Below are positions 29,201 through 37,521 of a stretch of 38,679 nucleotides of DNA, in pieces (within the stretch, counting starts at the first letter, position 1; every line of letters begins with the position of its first letter). The notes beneath the pieces were generated by a model. That model saw only the letters and a list, made by a program, of their open reading frames with translations. It had not been told where the DNA came from and did not search any database. This DNA comes from Candidatus Dormiibacterota bacterium (GTDB taxonomy: Bacteria > Chloroflexota > Dormibacteria > Aeolococcales > Aeolococcaceae), in contig DASZJB010000038.1 in assembly GCA_035948615.1 (NCBI GenBank), forward strand, positions 1-38,679. Reading direction: 5' to 3'. The translations under genes were made by a program, and so were the position numbers.

Positions 29201-30951
29201 TGTGAGACTGACTTGGTGATGGTCAGGCCCGGGGCATCCTGCGTGGCGGTCGCGGTTGCGTTGAGGCCGTCGACCGTTGCTGGCCCGTCGTGGGAGATGG
29301 GCGTGCCTCCGGAGACGCAGTTGGGGTTGGTTGCGTCGCAGCGAACCGAGAAATTACCGGTGGCGGTCTCCGTGTTGGTGAGAGTGTCGAAGCCGACTGT
29401 TGGAACGGTGTTGCTCTTGTTGGCCTGGTAATCGATGCGATCGACCGCCGGGAACGACACCGTGGCGATGCCATCTGGATTGACATGCCCGAGGTTCCAC
29501 ACCACGGTGAAGGTGCCGTCGGCGTTCTCCACCACCGAGGCGTAGGCGGGGTTCGGCAGCGCGCCATTCGGGTCGCACTGCGGATCAGCATGGCCGTCGT
29601 AGTTGATCGAGCCGATCGGGCACAGCCCTGACGGCAGCGTGTCGGTGACCGTCGTCGAGTCGGAGTACCGATACTCGGAGACGTTGACGACGATCGTGTA
29701 GGTCACCGCCTGCCCCTGAAGGAACGTCGGCTTGTCGATGCTTTTCGCGGTCGTGATGTCCCGGGCGGTTATCGAGGAGTACGCGCTCGCCTGGATCGGG
29801 TTGGAGCCGCCCCCGAGCGTTCCGGAATACGTACCGGAGGCAACGCCGTAGCTCGTGAGCACGGTGCCGTCCTGGGTTTCGGGCCCGCTGTTGTTGTCGA
29901 GGTTCGCCGCCTGGCCATCCGACACGGCAGTTGGCGTCGTCCCCGTCCATGTCATGGTGTTCGCCCTGATCGGAATCCCGACAACGAACCGGATGGTCGT
30001 GGTCGCGCCCGGTGCCAGGCTGCCGATGCTGTTCCATTGCACTGCCGTGTACACCGCAGTCGGCAGCGGCCCGGCGCCGTCGGGGTCGAGGTTGACCGTG
30101 GTCACCGATGTCGGAGGTGAGGTCAGGCAGCCGGCGGGAGCACCCGTGTGACCGGAGAGCGGGCCGCTGCCGGGATATTCCTCGGTGCTGCCCGGGTTGG
30201 TCGGCGTCCCGGTGGTGTTGTCCGTCTGACCGCAGAGCAGGTCCTCGAGGCCGGCCGGCAGATAGACGGTCGCCCCGACGCCGTTGGTGGCGTGCACCTG
30301 GTTGTTGGTGATCGTGACCGTGTACACCGTCTGGTGGTCATGGACACCACGGAGGAGCACCCCGCCCGGCGCCAGGCTGATCTGCAACGCGCTCAGCGCG
30401 GTCGTTCCCGAAGCATTTGCCGAGCCGGTGAAATTGCTCGCGGAGCCGCCGGCGGTGAATTGCGGAACCTGGCGCGCATCGGTGTTGACGTAGGCGGACG
30501 CGCTGTCCGTGTAGGTGCTGTTGGCGAACAGGAACGGGGCGGGACCGGTATCGGTCGCCGCGATCACCTTGAACGTGAGGGTCGCAACCGAGCCCGGCGA
30601 CAGATCGGAGACGTTGCTCCAGATGAGCGTCGTCCTGTTCAGCGACGGTTGGTTGCTGAGGATCGCCGGGTTCCCCAGGCTCCCGCTTCCGGCCACGTAC
30701 GACACGCCGGCTGGAAGCACGTCTTCGAAGCTCAGGTTATAGCCCCAGGAGCCGCCCGCAGGATTCGTGACGGTCAGCGTGACCGTGGAACTCGTCCCAT
30801 AGAGGACAGTCCCGGGAACTGTTTCGGCCAGCGAGATGTTCGGCGAGCCCGCGGCCAGCGCGCCCGAGACCGGGCCCGACGTCGTGTAGCACCCAAGCGC
30901 GATCAATGCCGCGCACAATCCGACGACCAGCTGCCGCCCAAGCCGATTCAT
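23293..30951 (-). CDS. giant (2552 aa) secreted DUF11/'conserved repeat domain' surface protein
   Basis: Single uninterrupted ORF with the N-terminal signal peptide MNRLGRQLVVGLCAALIALGCYTTSGPVSGALAAG. Ig-like repeat units fill the whole length. The C-terminus has a TM helix and an RRRRR tail. GAGG lies 8 nt upstream of the ATG. Confidence 0.9.
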   Translation of the reverse strand: MNRLGRQLVVGLCAALIALGCYTTSGPVSGALAAGSPNISLAETVPGTVLYGTSSTVTLTVTNPAGGSWGYNLSFEDVLPAGVSYVAGSGSLGNPAILSNQPSLNRTTLIWSNVSDLSPGSVATLTFKVIAATDTGPAPFLFANSTYTDSASAYVNTDARQVPQFTAGGSASNFTGSANASGTTALSALQISLAPGGVLLRGVHDHQTVYTVTITNNQVHATNGVGATVYLPAGLEDLLCGQTDNTTGTPTNPGSTEEYPGSGPLSGHTGAPAGCLTSPPTSVTTVNLDPDGAGPLPTAVYTAVQWNSIGSLAPGATTTIRFVVGIPIRANTMTWTGTTPTAVSDGQAANLDNNSGPETQDGTVLTSYGVASGTYSGTLGGGSNPIQASAYSSITARDITTAKSIDKPTFLQGQAVTYTIVVNVSEYRYSDSTTVTDTLPSGLCPIGSINYDGHADPQCDPNGALPNPAYASVVENADGTFTVVWNLGHVNPDGIATVSFPAVDRIDYQANKSNTVPTVGFDTLTNTETATGNFSVRCDATNPNCVSGGTPISHDGPATVDGLNATATATQDAPGLTITKSVSQNVAAGSPLDCSTATYLAVGSAGYPPLYQKGDQICFQIDVAFAPGVDFKNPTVSDFLPPNATYVAGSATVTASNTASAVTLTPTAGELQWTMGTPGADGNLYQTPGALFEVQFAVIASADPTLGVGATFTLTQNLAKVVTTNTEGTTFAARSLATYELAEPILSMTKKVSTINGSAAPTSTGDTVHGNDQVGWTLTVTNTGLVPAYHVEVWDVLPAQEDCSEVSAILPASGSCVTAAKAIEWPSSAIAQIGVGANTTLSYVLQIRPDAAAGETFTNNAGVRSYVGEHNASGQPDNTYFPLSNIDPTVTVGAENAPAANGTANVITAVGAVTKSAMTSITNSGNAAIGQATIGETITYTVQVKVPHNTTFYTASLADPLGAAQAYVTGSGLVTLPGSPTTYAEGTLIPGGFTYSYTAASNTVGFSFPPVYANATASDEVFLVSFSVTVANIAANKRTVNISNVATLTNHATGGQPITSSNPALLTQIVEPDMSITKSASSATLSPHGTLTYSIALANLNLAAVSPAFDLVGQDPIPAGVVYVPGSVLLAGLAPGTVGFNGTDVTWTIPGPLYANQTDTVSFQVIPEASSLLSVGQVIANTATLTSWDNIGGDPAGARVYGPISSSKNVTMQFPSVVDTKSTPNGSTAYANAPFEWSFTATDTNGFAGADSVDATDTLPPNWSYDPGTATIIFPTGPNGHADPTVTPNAGGDVLHWSGLGVLTPGQNVTIKYEATPSLAAQTSPGTGPSNPHTNTVFSTWTDDSGATGTLSGPYTSANATAQAFIGRADLQITKSHAGTFNAGANGSYTLGVTNNGPSTAASPMVVTDAIPAGESYVSATGTSWTCLVASGTVTCTYAGGLASGATANPITLVVSTPANTPDGTVIDNTASVTSPTYDDNLTNNTSTDPTTIVASADLQVTKSHSGSFTAGGSGTYTISVQNHGPSDSQAPLTMVDTLPLNETLVTATGSGWLCGAQAGNQFTCTDSTTLTSGTFASPITVVVDVASSQAAGSITNTATISGPTTDPNPANNTSHDSTSVQTSADVVLTKVHVGTFEAGTNGTYNFTITNNGPSDAAGPLTLTDPLPAGETFVSVSAGWSCSLVAGSEVCTDPAGLVNGATRTLSMTVAIGSGVTVASLTNTATVSSPTTDPNPGNNVSTDVAGTTQSADVSIVKTLTSTLVAGQDATYSLRVANTGPSDAAAPLSVVDTLPGNEGFVSATGAGWSCSFLSGVVTCTRAAALPAGGSANPITLTVSLAADLVAQTIVNTASVSSATPDPNSANNTSSTSNVSATQADLRIVKTDSGAFVSGQTSKYNLAVTNLGPSDAAPPITVIDNLPSGERFISHGGAGWSCSLSGQQVTCTQLGALPAGQSEPLLTLVIAISPSFVGGSISNTATVSSSTLDPALANNTSTDNSAVTQSADLRIVKSHTGNFDAGTTGNTYTLQVTNLGPSDSQLPLVVTDTVPAPENLLSASGGAGWNCTTIASTVTCDATSALAAGADATPISVVVGIGAGELDQVVDNTAVVTPTTADPNPDNNTSTDPTTIVPEADLALTKDTSGPFIPGDGATYVISVVNNGPADAAAPLTITDTLPAGETFVSGMGTGWACSAAGQDVTCLESSSLPTTQTAPLLTVTVDLASSDTGTLVNSAHVSSPTVDPNPANNTGSASAVLSLESDLQITKSHGGVGLVAGTDATYFLAVSNAGPSDEGAGITVTDTLPAGETYVTFAGLGWTCAATGQVVTCTYAPTLTSGAAAPVIDLTVLVAPSVGSSIVNIATVTGSNPDPNLANNSSSDTATVTRDYNLSLTKTLTGGLVTGGVATYALTVKNSGPSDSLLPLIVVDALPDGLAFEHVAGTVPGAWLCGVLGSTITCTDTTATLAVGATSVITVLVRVTAAAGTHIRNVATVSGPGDSGAPAEVGAVDAIVSPGVPDPGTGAGILLVLSPGLLLIVAGAGSAFVGRRRRRLSR
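23296..23412 (-). other. C-terminal sorting-signal-like tripartite motif (VPDPGTG / hydrophobic helix / RRRRR)
   Basis: VPDPGTGAGILLVLSPGLLLIVAGAGSAFVGRRRRRLSR, the last 39 residues of the giant protein. Confidence 0.6.
23413..26847 (-). repeat. nine tandem in-frame DUF11-type repeats of about 125-129 aa (about 380 bp)
   Basis: Each unit follows ADLxITKxHxGxFxAG..YTLxVTNxGPSDxxxPLxVxDTLPAGExFVSxxGxGWxCxxxGxxVTCT...NTAxVSSPTxDPNxxNNTS. The first unit starts at RADLQITKSH (GCC at 26847-26845). The units are diverged at the DNA level. Confidence 0.85.
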
Positions 30952-31125
30952 TCAAGCCTCAAGGGATGGTTGCCGGGCTCCCGGTCACCGGCCCGCCGAT
31001 CGTGGCAGCCGCACGGTTACGCATACCCAGGCGCGACCGTCTCGTTGTCCCCACGTAACAGGCCGCGGCGATGCCGTGCGTCCGCCCCCGTCCTGGCGCC
31101 GACCTAAAGGAGCCGACGAGCTTCT

Positions 31126-32031
31126 CTAACCGCGCGTCGCGTCGCCCGTGCGTCGCCACGGCCGCTCGACCCGGAGCGCGCTGAGGATGGCGCGCGTCGC
31201 CGGGGAGCGGTTGAGCGTGATGAAGTGCACCCCCGGCGCGCCGCGGCGGAGCAGGTCGCTGCATTGCAGCGTCGCCCAGGCGACGCCGAGCTGGATCACG
31301 GCCGCGGGATCGTCACGCCGGTCGGCGAGCGACTCGCGCAACGCCGACGGGATGGTGGCACCGATCTTCAACGTGAACCGCTCCACCTGGTCGACGTTGG
31401 TGATCGGCATGATCCCCGGGATCACCGGTACGGTCACGCCCTCGGCGCGGAGGCGGGCGACGAAGTCGAAGTACACCCGGTTGTCGAAGATCAACTGGGT
31501 GATCAGGAACCGGGCACCGGCTCGGACCTTCTCGACTGCGGCTCGCAGGTCGGCGTCGGGCTCGGTCGACTCGGGGTGCTTCTCCGGCGAGCACGCGGCG
31601 CCGACGCAGAGTGAGGTGCTGGCGGCGGCGAGTCGCACCAGGTCGCTCCCGAAGCGCAGCCCGGCGGGGTGGGGTGTAAACACGCCCTGCCCGTTCGGCG
31701 GGTCGCCACGCAGTGCCAGCACGTTCTCGATGCCGGCGCGTTCGTAGCGGCGCAGATCGTCACGGAGCTCGTCGACCGTGCAGTCGCGGCAGGTGAGGTG
31801 TGCCATGGGCAGCAGCCCCGTCTCGTCGCGGATCCGCTCGACGAATCGAACGGTACGATCGTCCCGGCTGCTGCCGCCCGCACCATGGGTCACCGAGACG
31901 AATGCGGGCTCGAGCGGGCGTAGCGCGGAGATCGCAGCGAAGAGCCGCTCGGCACCGGCGTCATCCGCGGGTGGAAAGAACTCGAACGAGAACAGCGGGT
32001 CCCCGCGCCGAAGGAGCGTGTCGATGCGCAT
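31126..32031 (-). CDS. metF: methylenetetrahydrofolate reductase
   Basis: 301 aa with FSFEFFPP, VSVTHGAGGSS, MAHLTC and NVLALRGDPP, which are typical MetF motifs. Confidence 0.9.
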   Translation of the reverse strand: MRIDTLLRRGDPLFSFEFFPPADDAGAERLFAAISALRPLEPAFVSVTHGAGGSSRDDRTVRFVERIRDETGLLPMAHLTCRDCTVDELRDDLRRYERAGIENVLALRGDPPNGQGVFTPHPAGLRFGSDLVRLAAASTSLCVGAACSPEKHPESTEPDADLRAAVEKVRAGARFLITQLIFDNRVYFDFVARLRAEGVTVPVIPGIMPITNVDQVERFTLKIGATIPSALRESLADRRDDPAAVIQLGVAWATLQCSDLLRRGAPGVHFITLNRSPATRAILSALRVERPWRRTGDATRG

Positions 32032-32078
32032 CGGCGCATTGTCGGACAGCCCGGCCGTGGTGCGACCCGGTTCGGCCG

Positions 32079-32150
32079 TACCCGCACGGGGAGTCGAACC
32101 CCGGTTACCACCTTGAAAGGGTGGTGTCCTGACCGCTAGACGATGCGGGC
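32079..32150 (-). tRNA. tRNA-Glu (anticodon TTC)
   Basis: The minus strand reads GCCCGCATCGTCTAGCGGTCAGGACACCACCCTTTCAAGGTGGTAACCGGGGTTCGACTCCCCGTGCGGGTA. It folds as a canonical cloverleaf with anticodon loop CTTTCAA. CCA is not encoded. Confidence 0.9.
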
Positions 32151-32229
32151 GCGACCGCCAATCTTAGGTTCGCGTGGCGACCTCGAGGCCGGCCACAAGG
32201 CAAACGAAGCGCGCCGGTATACTCGCGGC

Positions 32230-32688
32230 ATGCCAGTCAGAGAGATCGTCGGCAAGACCGTCGGCTTTGGCCTCGTGGCCCTCGCGCTCATCGTCGGCGG
32301 CATCCTCGACCTGCTCGGGGGCCACGTCTACAACGATTACCTGAACACCGCGCTCGGCATCATCCTGATCGCCATGGGCGTGGCCACGGGTGGCCTCGGC
32401 ACCTTCCTGATCGTCGGCATCCTCTATGAAGACAGGCTGCGCCGGCAGGACGAGGCGGTGCACATCACGCCGCGTGGAACGCCACCGGCGCCGCCACCGC
32501 CCTGGGGGATGGCCGACGTGGGCAAGCCGCCCGGAGTCGTTCGCGTCGGTGATGCGGCCACAACGTCGGGTGGCGGAGGGTCTCCGCGGGTGATGGCCGT
32601 CGTGGTCTCGAACCTCGATGCGCCGATGCTCATCGTCGGGTTACTCGCGTGGACGATCCTGACCCTCGTGCTCTTCGCGCCCCACTGA
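32230..32688 (+). CDS. membrane protein, hypothetical
   Basis: Internal ATG (MPVREIVGKTVGFGLVALALIVGG...). Three or four hydrophobic helices and a Pro-rich loop. Confidence 0.55.
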   Translation: MPVREIVGKTVGFGLVALALIVGGILDLLGGHVYNDYLNTALGIILIAMGVATGGLGTFLIVGILYEDRLRRQDEAVHITPRGTPPAPPPPWGMADVGKPPGVVRVGDAATTSGGGGSPRVMAVVVSNLDAPMLIVGLLAWTILTLVLFAPH

Positions 32689-32698
32689 GTTTGTTCTA

Positions 32699-34132
32699 GT
32701 GCCCGACGCGCGGGTTCGCACCCGGTTCGCGCCGTCCCCCACCGGCGCGCTGCATTTCGGCTCCGTCCGCACCGCGCTGTTCGCATGGCTCGCGGCGCGC
32801 CATGCCGGCGGCGACTTCATCCTCCGCATCGAGGACACGGACCAGGAGCGCTACATCCCCGGCACCGAGGCGCTCATCCTCGAGACACTGAGCTGGCTCG
32901 GGCTCGATTGGGATGAGGGCCCCGAGGTGGGCGGTCCGCACGAGCCGTACATCCAGTCATTGCGAATCGCGACCTACCGCGAGCATGCCGCCCGGCTCGT
33001 CGCCGGCGGCAGCGCGTACTGGTGCACCTGCACGCCGGTGCGTCTTGCGGCGATGCGCGAAGCTCAGCGAGCACGCTCCGAGCCGACCCGCTACGACCGG
33101 CGCTGTCTGACTCGCCAGACCGAGGTGGCCGAGGAACGGGCGAGCGGGATGGCGGCAGTGGTACGGCTGCGGATGCCGGATGGCGTCAGCGAATGGGACG
33201 ACGTGGTCCGCGGTCACGTGAGCTTTGCCAACGCCGACATCGATGACCAGGTCCTGCTCAAGTCCGACGGCTTTCCCACCTATCACCTCGCGGTCGTCGT
33301 CGACGATCACCTCATGGAGATCAGCGATGTGATCCGATCTGACGAGTGGATCCCATCGACGCCGAAGCACCTTGCGCTGTATGCGGCCTTCGGCTGGGAC
33401 GCGCCGCGATTCGCGCACGTCCCGGCAGTGCTTGGGCCGGATCATCAGAAGCTCAGCAAGCGCCGAGGCGCTCGCAACGTGCTCGAGTATGGCGAGCTCG
33501 GCTATCTCCCTTCGGCAATCGTCAATGCCATCGCGCTGCTGGGGTGGTCGTCCGGCGACGAACAGGAGGTGTTCACCCGGGAGGAGCTCTGCGAGCGATT
33601 CACCCTGGAGCGCGTCAACGCTGCGGCAGCGATCTTCGATCCCAAGCGACTCGATGATCTGAACGGCGTCCACATCCGGCGCATGAGCACCGATGACCTT
33701 GTCGAGGCACTCGAATACCACCTGCCCGGAACCAGCAAGGAGACGCGCCGGCTGCTCATCCCGATGCTCAGAGAGCGGATGGTGACTCTGGCCGATGCGA
33801 CGCGCCTCTGCGCACCGTTGCTCGACGAGGTCACGCTCGATCCCAGCGTCGAGTTCCCGCCGAAGAAGGTCGATCAGTCGACCGCCGTCACCATGATCGA
33901 CGCCTGCATCGACGCCGTCGAGCACGGGGGTCTCGAGAACCACGACGCGTTGCTCGAGCGGATCCGCGCGGTCGCGGACGGCTCGGGCGCGAAATCCAGA
34001 GACGCATTCCGCGTTCTCTACATCGCCATACTTGGCGCGCCTGCAGGCCTGCCGGTGATCGAGGCCATGGCGTTCCTGGGCAAGGAGAAGTCGCTGCAGC
34101 GGCTCCGTGAGGCGCGCGCCCGGCTCGGTTGA
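32699..34132 (+). CDS. gltX: glutamate--tRNA ligase
   Basis: RTRFAPSPTGALHFGSVRTALF (HIGH region), ILRIEDTD and KLSKRRG (KMSKS). 477 aa. Confidence 0.93.
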   Translation: MPDARVRTRFAPSPTGALHFGSVRTALFAWLAARHAGGDFILRIEDTDQERYIPGTEALILETLSWLGLDWDEGPEVGGPHEPYIQSLRIATYREHAARLVAGGSAYWCTCTPVRLAAMREAQRARSEPTRYDRRCLTRQTEVAEERASGMAAVVRLRMPDGVSEWDDVVRGHVSFANADIDDQVLLKSDGFPTYHLAVVVDDHLMEISDVIRSDEWIPSTPKHLALYAAFGWDAPRFAHVPAVLGPDHQKLSKRRGARNVLEYGELGYLPSAIVNAIALLGWSSGDEQEVFTREELCERFTLERVNAAAAIFDPKRLDDLNGVHIRRMSTDDLVEALEYHLPGTSKETRRLLIPMLRERMVTLADATRLCAPLLDEVTLDPSVEFPPKKVDQSTAVTMIDACIDAVEHGGLENHDALLERIRAVADGSGAKSRDAFRVLYIAILGAPAGLPVIEAMAFLGKEKSLQRLREARARLG

Positions 34133-34143
34133 CCGACGCAGGT

Positions 34144-34626
34144 TCAGAGTCCGGTGCCGTCGATCCCCGAGCCGACATGACGCTCCGCGGTCGCCGGCCG
34201 GCGAGTCCGGACGGGTCGATGTGGAACCGGCAGGCGTGCGTGAGGGTCTCGGCGCGGCCGCGCCGCGGGTGCTGCCGGCGCTGCGGGCGCGTCCGCCTCA
34301 CGGCGAGGTGCTGACGGGGCGGGCGCGGAGGGCTGCGGTGCCGGCGCAGGTGGCGCAGGTGCAGGTTCGGCGTGAGTCCGGTGGCGCACGGACGAGGTGA
34401 CACGATCGGCGAGGCGCTCCGCCAGGTGCAGGGCAGCGCGGTCCAGCCCGGTTGCGTGGCCGGCCACGGCGACTCCCACCACCACCGCGCTCAGCGGCCA
34501 GAGTGCCGAGAACAGCGAGAGCCCGGAGAGCACGCCGAACGCGGCGAGGATGGGATGGCGGCGCACATATGAAGGAGGTCCGGAGGCGGGTGCGGGGGTC
34601 GAGGAGCTGTCGTCTGTGATGGTCAT
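34144..34626 (-). CDS. hypothetical membrane protein with Pro/Ala-rich tail
   Basis: 160 aa. Two hydrophobic helices (ILAAFGVLSGLSLFSALWPLSAVVVGVAVAG) followed by low-complexity PAPAPP repeats. Confidence 0.45.
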   Translation of the reverse strand: MTITDDSSSTPAPASGPPSYVRRHPILAAFGVLSGLSLFSALWPLSAVVVGVAVAGHATGLDRAALHLAERLADRVTSSVRHRTHAEPAPAPPAPAPQPSAPAPSAPRREADAPAAPAAPAARPRRDPHARLPVPHRPVRTRRPATAERHVGSGIDGTGL

Positions 34627-34841
34627 GTCACGAGGCTATGTGATCGCTCGGGACAGGTCGCGGACCAACGCCAATTCAGGTCAGACGTTGCTGTTCCGGT
34701 CTCGTTACCACGCTGTGACGCTCCCGTGGACAGACGCCGATGGATGCCGCGACACAATCGGAACGCCGGTCGCGGGGGGCTGACCGTGGACGTGACAGGA
34801 GGTCGTTCGGTGCTCAGGGGACAGCTGCGTCGTGACATGAC

Positions 34842-36695
34842 ATGAGTGAGATCACGGTGGCGCGTCCACGGCCTCTCGCGTCACGAGCTCGCGGCCGGAT
34901 CGGCCGCTTGAGCGGTCCCCAGCGTCTCGCGGTTTTCTCGATCGGCCTCGGGCTCATCGGTATCGCGCTGTGGTTGCTGCCACTGCGGGACGTCCAGCGG
35001 GTCACGCTGATGGGCGCAATTCCATGGTGGGCCGAGCTCGCCGCCGTCTACGCGACCAGCCTGCTGTTCGTCCAGGTGCGCGTGCATCGCGAGGTGTCGA
35101 CGCTCTCCCTGACGGAGATCCCGGTGGCGCTGGGCCTGTTCCTCATCGACCCGCACCAACTGCTCGTCTGCTACGTCGCCGGCGTGCTCCTTGCCAGCTG
35201 GACGCGGCAGCGGCGCATCCGGTGGGTCAAGGACTTCGCCAACGCGATGCTCGATGTCGTCTACATCGGCGTCGCCGTCCTCGTCTTCAACGCCGTGGGG
35301 CCGGTTGCAAGCGATCCGCTCGCGGTGCGCAGCATCGTGGCGTTTGCTGCGGCGATGATCGCCTCGGGGTGGTTCGTCTACCCCATCGCGCTCAACGCCG
35401 GCACCATGCTCGCCCAGGGCCGGCTCGATCTCGGCGACGTGGCGCGCGCCTATCTGTTCCAGGTCATCGCCACGACCACCAACGCGTCACTCGGGATCGT
35501 GGCGCTGGTGATCCTCACCACGCGCCCGGTGCTCGCCGTCGCCCTCGTCCCGCCGGTGGTCCTCGTGCTCGCCGGGCAGATCGCCGCCAGCGAGAGTCAG
35601 CGCCGCGCCGACCGCAACGAGTTCCTTTACCGCACCACCGAGATCCTCCATTCGACACGACGTGTCGGTGAGCGCGCCGGCGAGCTCCTGAACGGCATCA
35701 CCACGATGTTCGGCGTCGAGCGTGCCGAGCTCGTGGTCATCCCGGAGGTGCGCGGCCCGGCGGTGCGCTTCAATTCCACCGGCGACGACGACCACGCGGA
35801 CGCCACGACATCGGAGCTGACGTTTGCCGAGCAGGAGGTGCTCAACGAGCTGCGCACCACAGCGATCCTCACCGGATCGGTGGCTACCGATCAGACCCTC
35901 GGGCTCGCGCTTGCGGAGCGCTCGGCGAGTGCCGGGACGGTGGTGGTTCTCCGCGGGCTCGAGGGCCCGCAAGGCATGCTGCTGCTCCTCAACCCGACAC
36001 GTGGAAGCAAGCTCGGTGCCCACGAGCAGAGCCTGCTCAGCACGGTTGCCGGACTCATCAGCGTGGCCCTCGAGAACGGTCAGCTGGCCGAGGCCATCAA
36101 GGCGATGTCGGTCGAAAAGGCCGAGCTCGCGCGCCGGGCGTTCTATGACCCACTCACCAAGATCGCGAACCGGTCGCTCTTCATTGAGACGGTCGCGACA
36201 TCGCTCGCCCAGCTACCCAGCTCGCAGCGTCCCGTCGCGGTGATGTTCATCGATCTCGACGGGTTCAAGGAGATCAACGACACCTTCGGACACGCAATGG
36301 GCGACCGGGTGCTCAGCGAGGTCGCGGCACGCCTGCGCGTGCAGGTCCGCAAGCTCGACCTCGCCGCGCGTATCGGGGGTGACGAGTTCGGCATGCTCCT
36401 CGACGGCATGCGCCACCACAGCGACGCCGCCGTGGTGGCTGATCGGATCATCGAGACGCTGCGGCGGCCCATTCCGCTCGGCGATGCCGTGATCAGCATC
36501 GGGGCGAGCGTTGGTGTCGCGGTCGTCGACGATGCCGCCGATGCCCCCGAACCCGAGGAGTTGATGCGCCGCGCCGACATGGCCATGTATCTCGCCAAGC
36601 GCCAGGGCAAGAATCGCTTCGTGGTGTTCGACGAGACGGCACGGACCCCGGTCATCGCCAGGATCCCAGAGCCCGCCGGGCAGGTCGCCGGCTGA
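34842..36695 (+). CDS. diguanylate cyclase: multi-TM sensor, GAF-like domain and GGDEF domain
   Basis: About 7 N-terminal TM helices and a central GAF-like region. The GGDEF domain carries the active site RIGGDEFG and an RKLD (RxxD) I-site 5 residues upstream. Confidence 0.88.
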   Translation: MSEITVARPRPLASRARGRIGRLSGPQRLAVFSIGLGLIGIALWLLPLRDVQRVTLMGAIPWWAELAAVYATSLLFVQVRVHREVSTLSLTEIPVALGLFLIDPHQLLVCYVAGVLLASWTRQRRIRWVKDFANAMLDVVYIGVAVLVFNAVGPVASDPLAVRSIVAFAAAMIASGWFVYPIALNAGTMLAQGRLDLGDVARAYLFQVIATTTNASLGIVALVILTTRPVLAVALVPPVVLVLAGQIAASESQRRADRNEFLYRTTEILHSTRRVGERAGELLNGITTMFGVERAELVVIPEVRGPAVRFNSTGDDDHADATTSELTFAEQEVLNELRTTAILTGSVATDQTLGLALAERSASAGTVVVLRGLEGPQGMLLLLNPTRGSKLGAHEQSLLSTVAGLISVALENGQLAEAIKAMSVEKAELARRAFYDPLTKIANRSLFIETVATSLAQLPSSQRPVAVMFIDLDGFKEINDTFGHAMGDRVLSEVAARLRVQVRKLDLAARIGGDEFGMLLDGMRHHSDAAVVADRIIETLRRPIPLGDAVISIGASVGVAVVDDAADAPEPEELMRRADMAMYLAKRQGKNRFVVFDETARTPVIARIPEPAGQVAG

Positions 36696-36726
36696 GGCCG
36701 GAACCGGCTCGCTCTACGATGGGCGG

Positions 36727-37521
36727 GTGAAACCGCCGCGCAGCCTGTCGATCGCCACGTCCGATTCCGGTGGTGGCGCTGGTATTCAGGCGGACCTCAA
36801 GGCGTTTGCCGCGGCCGGCTGCCACGGGATGACGGCAATCGTCGGCGTCACGGCGCAGAACACTGCGGCGATCCTGGCGACCCACGCGTTGCCCACGTGG
36901 GTCATCACCGCGCAACTCGAGGCCGTGTACGACGACATCGGTGTCGACGCGGCCAAGACCGGCGCCCTGCTCTCGGCGGACATCATCGTCGCGGTCGCGG
37001 ACTTCCTCGCGCGTCACCCAACCCCGCTCGTCGTCGACCCGGTGCTGCGTGCGAGCACCGGCGCGCCACTGCTGGATGCTGACGGTGTTGCTGTGCTGAT
37101 CGGATCGCTGCTCCCGCTCGCGACGGTGGTGACACCGAACCTCGCCGAGGCTCGTGTCCTTGCCGGCGGCGACGGTGATCGGCGGTCCCTCGCCGAGCTG
37201 ATCGTCGCCCGCGGTGCTCACGCGGTGCTGATCACAGGCGGGGAGGGCGAGGGATCAGACCTGCTCTACGACGGCGCCGAATTCCTGGAGATTCCGGTCA
37301 CCTGGGTGGACGGATCGGCAACCCACGGCACCGGCTGCACGCATTCCGCGACGCTCGCAGCGTCGCTCGCGCTCGGGATCCCGCTCGCAGACGCTGCCCG
37401 CCACGCGGCCGATGTCACCGCGACCGCGATCGAGCACGGGCTCGTCGAGATCGGCGAGGGAGCGGGACCCGTCGCGGTCGGTCAGCCCTCGTGGGCCAGC
37501 CAGCGGGTGCGAACCAGGTAG
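36727..37521 (+). CDS. thiD: hydroxymethylpyrimidine/phosphomethylpyrimidine kinase
   Basis: LSIATSDSGGGAGIQADLKAF, GVDAAKTG, VVDPVL and GTGCTHSA, which are typical ThiD motifs. Confidence 0.9.
   Translation: MKPPRSLSIATSDSGGGAGIQADLKAFAAAGCHGMTAIVGVTAQNTAAILATHALPTWVITAQLEAVYDDIGVDAAKTGALLSADIIVAVADFLARHPTPLVVDPVLRASTGAPLLDADGVAVLIGSLLPLATVVTPNLAEARVLAGGDGDRRSLAELIVARGAHAVLITGGEGEGSDLLYDGAEFLEIPVTWVDGSATHGTGCTHSATLAASLALGIPLADAARHAADVTATAIEHGLVEIGEGAGPVAVGQPSWASQRVRTR

Noticed and set aside
30850-30951. Lipoprotein lipobox (LIALGC) at the N-terminus of the giant protein
   Set aside because: The -3 to -1 residues (A-L-G) fit the lipobox consensus poorly. Signal peptidase I cleavage after ALA-AG is equally plausible, so the question is left open.
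23396-31107. Dozens of 60-365-aa ORFs on both strands within the giant gene (for example 28108..29205+ and 30148..31107+)
   Set aside because: They are nested in or antisense to one continuous 2552-codon frame with coherent repeat architecture.
36696-36726. TPP riboswitch upstream of thiD
   Set aside because: Only 31 nt separate thiD from the preceding gene, which is too short, and there is no CUGAGA/ACCUGA-type core.
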